A model generated the notes under the pieces. That model worked only from the letters and a program-made list of their open reading frames with translations, had not been told where the DNA came from and did not search any database. Below, one piece after another: positions 34,899-43,113 of a DNA stretch of 46,538 nucleotides (position 1 is its first letter; the number at the start of each line of letters is the position of its first letter). The stretch comes from Candidatus Collierbacteria bacterium (GTDB taxonomy: Bacteria > Patescibacteriota > Microgenomatia > UBA1400 > MFAQ01). Location of the stretch: contig CAIQPO010000037.1 of the NCBI GenBank assembly GCA_903873735.1, positions 1-46,538 of the forward strand, given 5' to 3'. The position numbers and the translations under genes are program-made.

Positions 34899-36299
34899 TT
34901 ACTCTTCTATGCTTTGATAAGAGATTATATCACCAGGCTTCAGTTCTATCTGTGGTTCGATTACCATACCAAATTCTTCATCTTTTTTAACTTCGTCTAC
35001 ATCTTTCTTATTTGCCTTGAGAGAAATGATTTTTGATCCCTGGACCAAATCTCCAATTTTGATTTTTCCACTAACACAGAGACAACCAAAAACGATGACT
35101 GCTCCAAAATTGAATACTTTGAGAACCTTTGCCTGTCCGTTTTCTACCAACTTGGGTGCCATTTCAGACTGTTTTTTCTCCTTGATTTCAGAGATATAGT
35201 CAAAAAGTTGATAAATAATTCTAAAATTGGAAAATTTTACCTTTTCAACTTCTGCCAACTTGGCTACCGGTGATGACATTTTGGTATTAAAACCGATTAT
35301 TTCAGCACCTGAAGCCGCTGCATTGGCAATATCAGTATCAGTAACAAGTCCTACCTGGGAAGAGATAATATTCACCTGGTCTTTGATGGCTGAGACAATG
35401 GCTTCAAGTGACCCCTGAACATCAGCCTTAAGAATAATGTTGGGTAAATCAATTGATTGATCTGATTGGGTGGCAATAATTGCCGACTCTAACCTTTCCG
35501 ATGGGCTGGCAGCAATTATCTCCCCAACATCTGGAACTTTGGAAAAGCCAATAATTTGCACAGGTGTTGATGGGGAGGCAGTCACGACAGTTTTTCCTGA
35601 GTAGTCAATCATTGACCTAATTTTCCCGATGTTTTGATTTCCAAGATATAAGTCGTCGTTTTTCTTGAAGGTCCCCAATTTCACTAGCAAGGTAGCAAGC
35701 GGGCCTTTTTGAGGGTGAAGAGATGACTCAACCACAAGAGCTGAAGCAGGGTCCACATTTGAAGTATCTTTTAGTTCCTCAAGCTCTGCTAGGAGAAGAA
35801 TTACTTCAAGCAAGTCATCTACGCCTTGACCTGACTTTGCGGAGATGTGAACAATGGGAACATTGCCACCATAACCCTCAACATAAACTCCACAGTTGGC
35901 TAAATCTGCTTTGATCTTTTCGGTATTCGCACCAGGCAGATCCACTTTGTTGACAGCAACCACAAAGGGGATTTTGGCGTTTTTTATATGTTCGATTGAC
36001 TCTCTTGTCTGAGGCATAACAGAGTCATCTGCAGCGACTATTAGGATGGCAACATCTGCTGCTTTACCACCTCTGGCTCTCATGGCGGAAAAAGCGGCAT
36101 GACCTGGGGTGTCAATAAATGTAATTGGTTTGCCGTTGTGCTCTATCTGGTACGCGCCTATTGCTTGGGTAATACCTCCAATTTCTCCAGCAGCCACATT
36201 GGCATGACGAATTCTGTCGAGCAGGGAGGTCTTTCCATGATCAACATGACCTAAAATAGTAACTACCGGCGGGCGGGTAGCCTTGGTTTCGTTTGCCAT
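34899..36299 (-). CDS. infB: Translation initiation factor IF-2, core-only form
   Basis: 466-aa ORF that starts about 10 aa before the G domain ([26 protein letters not shown]). The C2 domain is present at the C-terminus. Confidence 0.95.
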   Translation of the reverse strand: MANETKATRPPVVTILGHVDHGKTSLLDRIRHANVAAGEIGGITQAIGAYQIEHNGKPITFIDTPGHAAFSAMRARGGKAADVAILIVAADDSVMPQTRESIEHIKNAKIPFVVAVNKVDLPGANTEKIKADLANCGVYVEGYGGNVPIVHISAKSGQGVDDLLEVILLLAELEELKDTSNVDPASALVVESSLHPQKGPLATLLVKLGTFKKNDDLYLGNQNIGKIRSMIDYSGKTVVTASPSTPVQIIGFSKVPDVGEIIAASPSERLESAIIATQSDQSIDLPNIILKADVQGSLEAIVSAIKDQVNIISSQVGLVTDTDIANAAASGAEIIGFNTKMSSPVAKLAEVEKVKFSNFRIIYQLFDYISEIKEKKQSEMAPKLVENGQAKVLKVFNFGAVIVFGCLCVSGKIKIGDLVQGSKIISLKANKKDVDEVKKDEEFGMVIEPQIELKPGDIISYQSIEE

Positions 36300-36315
36300 A
36301 TGAAGTAGCTAATTT

Positions 36316-37530
36316 TTATTTGGCTTCGGGAGTCTTGTAGGCAGCCAATTGATTCTTGATTTTCTCTTGAGTTTTTGGTCCAACACCCTTTACCTCGTCG
36401 AGTCTGCCGGAAAGATCTTCAATTTTGGTAAGACCGGCTGTGACTAAGAGATTTCTGGTTTTTGTGTCTAGTCCGAGCTGGTCAATTTCATACTCCTCTT
36501 CACCAGTGGTGACGATGCTGGTTTCTGACCCAGCAGAATCGGAGACGATTCTTAGCTTGGTGTTGGTGAGCTTAGCAGCAAGTTTTACATTTTGTCCACC
36601 TCTACCAATAGCAAGAGATAGCTGATCAGCAGGAACAGTAACTATCGTTTCACCTGAGTCCTTGTCGTATTTGATGTTTAGACCTTCGGCTGGGGCGAGA
36701 GCAGCTTTTATATATTTATCTTTATCCTCGGAATATTGAATGATGTCGATTTTTTCATTATTGAGCTCAGTGATTACAGCTTGGACTCTAACTCCTTTTT
36801 GGCCAACACATGACCCAACTGGATCAACTCCAACTTGAGTAGACTCAACAGCAATTTTTGATCTACTCCCGGCTTCTCTTGCTACGGCCTTAACAATAAC
36901 ACTTCCAGCTGATACCTCTGGCACCTCTCTAGCAAAGAGACCTTCTAGAAGCTTTGGGTCAGCTCTTGAAATAATTATTTGTCTACCTTTTGGGGTTTCA
37001 GCAATTTCTTTTAAGAAAACACTAATACGGGAATTAAGTCGATAGAATTCAGAGTGAACTTGTTCTTCTTGAGGCATAACTCCAGTACCTTTCCCTAGAT
37101 CTATCACTACATTTCTGCCATCCATTCTTTGAACCATTCCAGTCATGACTTCACCGATGTGCTGTTCGTAGTCTGCAAGAATAGAGTCTCTCTCAGCCTC
37201 TCTTATAGTCTGGAGAATGACCTGCTTGGCAGCCTGGGCAGCGATTCTACCAAAGCCCGGAGGAGTGATTTCTTTTAGCTTTTTCTTTTCGTCACCTTCA
37301 TTTCCTACAAATACTCTAAACTGACCATTGTCAGGATCAACTTCGGCAGTAATTACCTTTCCTTCTTCCTCCAATTTTAAAGCTTGTTCTGGAAAATCTT
37401 TTTTAAATGAGGCCACTAAGGCACTGTTTATGGCAGAAAGAACTGTTTGAGTGGGGATGTTTCTCTCTGAACAAATTTGATTGATGGCAGCTGCAAATTC
37501 GGTTCTGGCTGTGAGCGCTTGTGTATCCAT
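36316..37530 (-). CDS. nusA: Transcription termination/antitermination factor NusA
   Basis: 404-aa ORF with N-terminal, S1 and two KH domains (GSCVGQKGVRVQ, LAIGRGGQNVKLA) plus a C-terminal HhH-like segment. Confidence 0.95.
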   Translation of the reverse strand: MDTQALTARTEFAAAINQICSERNIPTQTVLSAINSALVASFKKDFPEQALKLEEEGKVITAEVDPDNGQFRVFVGNEGDEKKKLKEITPPGFGRIAAQAAKQVILQTIREAERDSILADYEQHIGEVMTGMVQRMDGRNVVIDLGKGTGVMPQEEQVHSEFYRLNSRISVFLKEIAETPKGRQIIISRADPKLLEGLFAREVPEVSAGSVIVKAVAREAGSRSKIAVESTQVGVDPVGSCVGQKGVRVQAVITELNNEKIDIIQYSEDKDKYIKAALAPAEGLNIKYDKDSGETIVTVPADQLSLAIGRGGQNVKLAAKLTNTKLRIVSDSAGSETSIVTTGEEEYEIDQLGLDTKTRNLLVTAGLTKIEDLSGRLDEVKGVGPKTQEKIKNQLAAYKTPEAK

Positions 37531-37584
37531 AATTTAATATTGTATTGATTAACTTTTATTTTTTCTATTTAGGGTTGTTGATAT

Positions 37585-37609
37585 GAAAACGGCGGAACCT
37601 CCTCCCGCC
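37585..37609 (-). terminator. Terminator-like hairpin between dnaJ and nusA (dnaJ operon terminator and/or nusA leader attenuator)
   Basis: Minus strand has GGCGG, a 9-nt loop, then CCGCC, followed by GTTTTCAT. It lies downstream of the predicted promoter at 37631-37659. Confidence 0.5.
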
Positions 37610-37630
37610 ATAATTCACTAATCCAAGGGT

Positions 37631-37659
37631 ATTATAACCAATTTTCACAGATGATTCAA
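37631..37659 (-). promoter_or_regulatory. Near-consensus sigma70 promoter upstream of nusA
   Basis: Minus strand reads TTGAAT, 17 nt, TATAAT. It starts 14 nt after the dnaJ stop. Confidence 0.5.
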
Positions 37660-37672
37660 TGATTGGCCGATT

Positions 37673-38524
37673 CTAAACCCCCTCTTCCTTAAGCTCGCGG
37701 AATAACTCTTTTTGACGACTTGATAACTTAGTGGGGATGTTGATGATGAATCTAATATAAAAATCACCTCGTTTTGAAGATTGGAGATGCTTAATTCCCT
37801 TGCCGGATAGACGGATTATTGATCCAGATTTGGTACCAGCTTTTACTTTTACTTTTAGGTCGCCATCAAGAGTCGGTACAACTACATCTCCACCAAGCAC
37901 TGCGAATGATAATGGGATTTCCTGATCAATGATGCAGTCATAACCTTCGCGATTAAAGTGAGGGTGGGGGGTTATTTGGAATATTACATCAAAGTCTGTG
38001 TATCTCATCTTCGTACCCTCATCAATCCCAGCAGGTATTTTTACCTGATATTCCTTTCCTTGATGAGTAATTGTTTTTTCTGCTCCCTTGATCGCATCCA
38101 TAAAAGAAACCTTCAGCTGATATCTTGGTCTGGCTTGATATTTTGACTGCGATCCAAATGGAGAGCCGCCAAAAAAGGCTGAAAATACATCAAATGGGTC
38201 TGAAAATCCTCCAGATCCAAATAAGTCCTCAAGATTGATATTGCCAGTGGAGTAATAACCCCCAAAGGGGTTTTGTCCTGAAAATGGATTACCTCCCTGA
38301 CCAAAGGCGGCGTGACCGAATTGGTCGTACTTGGATTTCTTCTCCGGAGAAGATAGTATCTCGTACGCCTCGTTTATCTCTTTAAATTTTGCCTCTGCTT
38401 CTTTGGTTTTGTTCCTGTCTGGATGCCACTTAAGTGCCAGCTTGCGATACGCTGCTTTTATTTCAGCAGCGTTCGCGTTTTTGTCGACACCAAGAACGTG
38501 ATAGTAATCTGATTTTGCTGACAT
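37673..38524 (-). CDS. dnaJ: J-domain co-chaperone, class B architecture (no zinc-finger domain)
   Basis: 283-aa ORF with a J domain (DYYHVLGV...HPDRN) and a G/F-rich region followed by the C-terminal substrate-binding domains. No CxxCxGxG repeats are present. Confidence 0.88.
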   Translation of the reverse strand: MSAKSDYYHVLGVDKNANAAEIKAAYRKLALKWHPDRNKTKEAEAKFKEINEAYEILSSPEKKSKYDQFGHAAFGQGGNPFSGQNPFGGYYSTGNINLEDLFGSGGFSDPFDVFSAFFGGSPFGSQSKYQARPRYQLKVSFMDAIKGAEKTITHQGKEYQVKIPAGIDEGTKMRYTDFDVIFQITPHPHFNREGYDCIIDQEIPLSFAVLGGDVVVPTLDGDLKVKVKAGTKSGSIIRLSGKGIKHLQSSKRGDFYIRFIINIPTKLSSRQKELFRELKEEGV

Positions 38525-38540
38525 TTAGATTTGGGTGCTA

Positions 38541-40436
38541 TTAGCTGACAACCTCTCCCTCCTCGGCGGTCTTTTTGTTTTCATCTGAACCAGGAGGAGT
38601 AGTTTGGTCTGAGCCTTGACCTGGTTGGTTTTCTTGAGCTGCTTTGTAGAGAGCCTCGGCATGTTTTTGCATTATCTCTGTGGCTTTCTTGAGCTCAGAG
38701 TCAAGTGACTCAAAACTGGCGTCAGTCTTTTTAACCTCAGCCTCTAGTGAAGTAAGGGCTTTCTCCATCTCATCTTTGGCTTCAGAGCTGAATTTTTCGC
38801 CTGCATCCTTCAAGACTTTTCTTGTTTGAATAATTAAAGTATCAGCCTCGTTTCTTTTGTCTGCAAGCTCCTTCTTCTTCTTATCTTCTGCTTCATAGCG
38901 CTGAGCATCTTGCTTCATCTTTTCAACTTCTTCATCTGAAAGATTGGTAGCATTTTTAATTGTAATTTTTTGCTCTTTGCCGGTGGCTTTGTCTTTAGCA
39001 GTGACATTTAGAATACCATTGGCGTCGATGTCAAAGGATACTTCGATCTGGGGAATGCCTCTTGGAGCAGCAGGAATGCCGTCGAGAATAAAACTACCAA
39101 GAGTTTTGTTGTCTTGAGCCATTGGACGTTCCCCTTGAAGAATGTGAATTTCTACTTGAGGCTGGTTGTCACTCGCTGTTGAAAAGATCTGTGATTTGGT
39201 GGTAGGAACAGTAGTGTTTCTCTCGATTAATGGAGTCATTACACTGCCCATTGTCTCAATACCTAAGGTGAGCGGAGTAACGTCTAGCAAGAGGATATCT
39301 TTAACGTCACCTGATATTACCCCACCTTGAATTGCTGCACCTAAAGCTACTGCCTCATCAGGATTTACTGATCTATTTGGTTCTTTGCCGAAGAAGTCTT
39401 TGACTACTTGCTGGACCTTAGGCATTCTGGTCATACCTCCAACGAGAATTACTTCACCGATTTGAGTTTTCTCCAACTTAGCATCAGACAGTGCTTTTTT
39501 GCATGGCTCGATTGTTTTTTCGATAAGATCTGAGACTAGTTCCTCAAGCTTGGTTCTAGTAAGCTTCATAGTAAGGTGAAGAGGTTGGCCGTCTTTTTGG
39601 GTAATAAAGGGTTGGTTGATTTCTGTTTCGGTAGCAGACGACAACTCTATCTTTGATTTTTCTGCCGAGTCCTTAATTCTTTGAAGAGCTTGCTTGTCTT
39701 GAGAGAGATCAACTCCTGTTTCTTTTTTGAATTCAGCAACAATATATTCAATGATTCTTCTATCAAAGTCATCGCCTCCTAAAAAAGTATCACCGTTGGT
39801 GGCTTTAACTTCAAAAACCCCGTCTCCAAGCTCAAGGATTGAAACATCAAAGGTACCTCCACCCAGATCGTACACGACTACGGTTTCATTTTTGCCCTTG
39901 TCTAGGCCGTATGCTAATGCGGCGGCGGTGGGCTCATTGACAATTCTTTGGACATTCAAGCCAGCGATTTCTCCTGCTTGTTTGGTTGCTTGTCTTTGAG
40001 AGTCATCGAAGTAAGCAGGGACGGTAATGACTGCATCTGTAACTGCGCTGCCCAGATATTTTTCTGCATCAGACTTTGCTTTCTGAAGAATTTTGGCTGA
40101 AATTTCCTGTGGGGTATAGTTTTTATCACCAATTCTTACAACTGCCATACCATCTTTTCCCTCAACAATATCGAAGGGAACGATTTCTTTGGTTTTTTGA
40201 GATTGCTTCCCTGAAAACTTTTGACCCATTAATCTTTTTACCGAAAAGACGGTGTTGGTAGCGTTTAATATCATCTGCCTCTTGGCGACATCACCAACTA
40301 AGTTTTTAACTGGTTCAACAATTGAAGGGTAGATATTTCTTCCTTCTGCAGTAGGGATTATCTTGGCGATTCCGCCTTCCATAACTGCTATGGCACTATT
40401 GGTGGTGCCTAAGTCTATTCCGATTATTTTTCCCAT
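38541..40436 (-). CDS. dnaK: Chaperone DnaK (Hsp70)
   Basis: 631-aa ORF with [21 protein letters not shown] and other full-length Hsp70 motifs. Confidence 0.99.
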   Translation of the reverse strand: MGKIIGIDLGTTNSAIAVMEGGIAKIIPTAEGRNIYPSIVEPVKNLVGDVAKRQMILNATNTVFSVKRLMGQKFSGKQSQKTKEIVPFDIVEGKDGMAVVRIGDKNYTPQEISAKILQKAKSDAEKYLGSAVTDAVITVPAYFDDSQRQATKQAGEIAGLNVQRIVNEPTAAALAYGLDKGKNETVVVYDLGGGTFDVSILELGDGVFEVKATNGDTFLGGDDFDRRIIEYIVAEFKKETGVDLSQDKQALQRIKDSAEKSKIELSSATETEINQPFITQKDGQPLHLTMKLTRTKLEELVSDLIEKTIEPCKKALSDAKLEKTQIGEVILVGGMTRMPKVQQVVKDFFGKEPNRSVNPDEAVALGAAIQGGVISGDVKDILLLDVTPLTLGIETMGSVMTPLIERNTTVPTTKSQIFSTASDNQPQVEIHILQGERPMAQDNKTLGSFILDGIPAAPRGIPQIEVSFDIDANGILNVTAKDKATGKEQKITIKNATNLSDEEVEKMKQDAQRYEAEDKKKKELADKRNEADTLIIQTRKVLKDAGEKFSSEAKDEMEKALTSLEAEVKKTDASFESLDSELKKATEIMQKHAEALYKAAQENQPGQGSDQTTPPGSDENKKTAEEGEVVS

Positions 40437-40456
40437 ATTTTTTTTAGTTTAAATAA

Positions 40457-40894
40457 TTATTGATTGCTAGTATTACCTACTCTGACTTTTGCTGGTCTGA
40501 GAACTTTATTGTGAAGCATATAACCCTCGGCTGACAAAGAAACTACATAGTTATTTTTTCCTGGTACAACTTCTACACAGTCCATTGTCATAGGGTCAAA
40601 TTCCTTGTTTTTTGTGTCAATTTTTTCTACCCCTTCAGATTTAAGTGTTTTTTCAAATTGATCAATAACCATATTGAGTCCTTTATCTTTGAGATGAGAC
40701 TGAGCAAGCTCGATGGCATCTAAGACTAGAAGCATTTTCTCGATGAGAGATGCGTTTGCCATTTGAATAATTTCTGATTGAGACTCTTTGTGTCTTCTTT
40801 CTTGGTTGTGGTAGTCTGCTAAGACTCGTTTGTAGCTTTCTTCAAGCTCTGAAATTTTATTTAAGAGGTCTTGATTTTTAGTTTTTTTTACCAT
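40457..40894 (-). CDS. grpE: Nucleotide exchange factor GrpE (short form)
   Basis: 145-aa ORF with the YKRVLADYHNQERR motif. It sits between hrcA and dnaK and overlaps hrcA by 7 nt. Confidence 0.9.
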   Translation of the reverse strand: MVKKTKNQDLLNKISELEESYKRVLADYHNQERRHKESQSEIIQMANASLIEKMLLVLDAIELAQSHLKDKGLNMVIDQFEKTLKSEGVEKIDTKNKEFDPMTMDCVEVVPGKNNYVVSLSAEGYMLHNKVLRPAKVRVGNTSNQ

Positions 40895-41613
40895 TCTTGA
40901 GCAATTTGATTAATTAAATTAGCTACATATCTAACCATAGGAATGTTTCGTCCGTACTCCTGTCTTGATGAACTAATAACTCCAAGTGTTCCTCTCTTGT
41001 TGCCAATTTGCAGATCTGCGAATACACAACTAACCTGCTTGTATACAGGAAGCCCCATTTCATCTCCAATAAGTATGTGAATTGGAGAGTTGCCTGAAGC
41101 TCTATTAAATACCTCAATCAATCTTTGCTGCTGGTCTAGCAAGAAGAGTACTTCACGGGCAACATTGAGGTCGTGGAATTCTTCGTCGTAGAAAAGGTTT
41201 GCGTAACCGGAGTGAAAGGAGATCCCTTGGTCTGTGGTGGCAACGCACAGGGCTCTAGTTCTTTCAGCCAGGACTCTGGTGGCTTCACGCAAAAGGTCGG
41301 CTGAGTCGAAACGGTGATCCCAAACTCTAGATTTTACTGAGACTTCTTCGGCGACTGATAGGTCTTTTTCTCTCAGAATCTCACTAACATAAAACTTTAT
41401 GGCCATGGGGGTGGGGACTCTACCAGCAGAAGTATGCGGCTGACTAAGAAAACCCTTGTTTTCCAAGACAGCCATTTCATTTCTTAGGGTTGCTGGCGAT
41501 ACACCAAGCTTGTACTTATTTTCAAGCGTAACCGAACCAACAGGTTCGGCTGTTTGAGTAAATTCCTCAACGATTGTTTTGATAATAAGTATTTGTCTGT
41601 CGGTCAAGTCCAT
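40888..41613 (-). CDS. hrcA: Heat-inducible transcription repressor HrcA (short form)
   Basis: 241-aa ORF with an N-terminal wHTH (PVGSVTLENKYKLGVSPATLRNEMAVLENKGFLSQPHTSAGRVPT). It is the first gene of an hrcA-grpE-dnaK-dnaJ cluster. Confidence 0.87.
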   Translation of the reverse strand: MDLTDRQILIIKTIVEEFTQTAEPVGSVTLENKYKLGVSPATLRNEMAVLENKGFLSQPHTSAGRVPTPMAIKFYVSEILREKDLSVAEEVSVKSRVWDHRFDSADLLREATRVLAERTRALCVATTDQGISFHSGYANLFYDEEFHDLNVAREVLFLLDQQQRLIEVFNRASGNSPIHILIGDEMGLPVYKQVSCVFADLQIGNKRGTLGVISSSRQEYGRNIPMVRYVANLINQIAQEW

Positions 41614-41633
41614 AATCTTTGAATTCTGATGAA

Positions 41634-41660
41634 TTAGCAGAATAATAGCATGAGTGATAA
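41634..41660. promoter_or_regulatory. Degenerate CIRCE-like operator upstream of hrcA
   Basis: TTAGCAGAA-N9-GAGTGATAA compares with the CIRCE consensus TTAGCACTC-N9-GAGTGCTAA at 6/9 and 8/9 arm matches. It lies 21 nt upstream of the hrcA ATG and overlaps the predicted promoter. Confidence 0.45.
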
Positions 41661-41671
41661 ATGAAGGTCAA
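41642..41671 (-). promoter_or_regulatory. Candidate hrcA promoter
   Basis: Minus strand reads TTGACC, 18 nt, TATTAT. The spacer and -10 overlap the CIRCE-like element. Confidence 0.4.
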
Positions 41672-41715
41672 GTAGCTGACTGTACACGGAGGCGCTGATG
41701 GGATAAATTTAAGTT

Positions 41716-43113
41716 ATGCTGCTTGAAAGTCAAAAAAGAATGCTTAAGGGTTTGTTGCCCTTAATTATAGGTGTGGCTGTAATAACGATAGTAGTGATAG
41801 TAATTCCCCAGGCGGTTAAGTATTCCGGAAAAGCATCTGGTGTGAATGCAAATCTGGTGATTAATTATGAGGGAGTTTTAGGTAATATGCCCACACCTTG
41901 GAGAAACCTTGCACAGGGTGGTGAGGAGCCGAAGGAGATGATTGGCCAAGTGATACCAGAGGTAAAGGCTCTTAAGCCAGAATACATTCGCTTGGATCAC
42001 ATATACGACGCATTCAAAGTGGTTTCTGGCTCTCCTGATAACTTGCAATTCAACTGGGCTGGTCTAGACGATGCGGTGGATAAAATTATGGCTACCGGAG
42101 CAAAACCTTTTCTATCTCTCTCATACATGCCAGATGTAATTTCTACCGGGGATATGATTTCTGCTCCCAAAAACTGGTCACTTTGGGGAAAAGTTGTGCA
42201 AGCCACGATTGAACACTATAGCGGCAGACAGGGGAAGAATATTGATGGAGTGATTTACGAAGTTTGGAATGAACCAGATTTATTTGGAGGATATAAAACT
42301 TACGGCGATAAAAATTATTTGGAGATGTATACAGCTAGCGCAAATGCAGCCAACGCTGTTAAGAACGCCAATAGTTTTGAGATAGGCGGTCCAGCAACTA
42401 CTGGCCTGTATCAAAACTGGCTTGAGAGACTAATAAAGCATGTGGACAGCAATAACTTGAGAATGGATTTTATGAGCTGGCACAGATACTCACTCGACCT
42501 TGATCAATTTGAAAAAGACGCAAAGCAAGCTAGAGCATGGGCAGAAAAAATTCCTGCACTAGTGAATTTGAAGTTTTATGTCACTGAGTGGGGGCATGAT
42601 AGCGAGATAGATAAAGGATATGACACAAAATTTGGAGCTATTCACACAATCGCGGGCGCAAGAACTATGGTTGGAGCGATTGATAGGGCTTTTGTCTTTG
42701 AAATTAAGGATGGTCCAGGCGCACACAAGTACTGGGGGAGGTGGGGGCTATTGACTCACGAGAAATACCCACCGGTTGAGAAGAAGCCTAGATACCATGC
42801 ATTAACTTTTTTGAATGATTTAGGTCCGTTTAGAGTTGGGGTGGCAGGAGAAGGCTCATGGGTGAAGAGCCTGGCTTCTACTAACGAAGATGGAGATCTC
42901 AAGGTAATGATCGTAAATTATGATTCAAAATCTGCACACACCGAGGCGGTTCCAGTTACATTCGAAAATTTACCTTCGGGAAATTTTACCTATACAAGGA
43001 AGGATTTTATGGGTGAGAGCCGAACACTTAAAGTCGCTACAACCTCAGCAAGCTGGAGATCAAATGAATTGATGTCCCCCAACAGCGCGGCCATGATTAC
43101 CTTGGATTTTTAA
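41716..43113 (+). CDS. Membrane-anchored glycoside hydrolase, clan GH-A TIM-barrel (GH39/GH5-like)
   Basis: 465-aa ORF with an N-terminal TM helix. YEVWNEPD (acid/base Glu context) and YVTEWGHD (nucleophile Glu context) are spaced about 110 aa apart. It is on the plus strand. Confidence 0.65.
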   Translation: MLLESQKRMLKGLLPLIIGVAVITIVVIVIPQAVKYSGKASGVNANLVINYEGVLGNMPTPWRNLAQGGEEPKEMIGQVIPEVKALKPEYIRLDHIYDAFKVVSGSPDNLQFNWAGLDDAVDKIMATGAKPFLSLSYMPDVISTGDMISAPKNWSLWGKVVQATIEHYSGRQGKNIDGVIYEVWNEPDLFGGYKTYGDKNYLEMYTASANAANAVKNANSFEIGGPATTGLYQNWLERLIKHVDSNNLRMDFMSWHRYSLDLDQFEKDAKQARAWAEKIPALVNLKFYVTEWGHDSEIDKGYDTKFGAIHTIAGARTMVGAIDRAFVFEIKDGPGAHKYWGRWGLLTHEKYPPVEKKPRYHALTFLNDLGPFRVGVAGEGSWVKSLASTNEDGDLKVMIVNYDSKSAHTEAVPVTFENLPSGNFTYTRKDFMGESRTLKVATTSASWRSNELMSPNSAAMITLDF

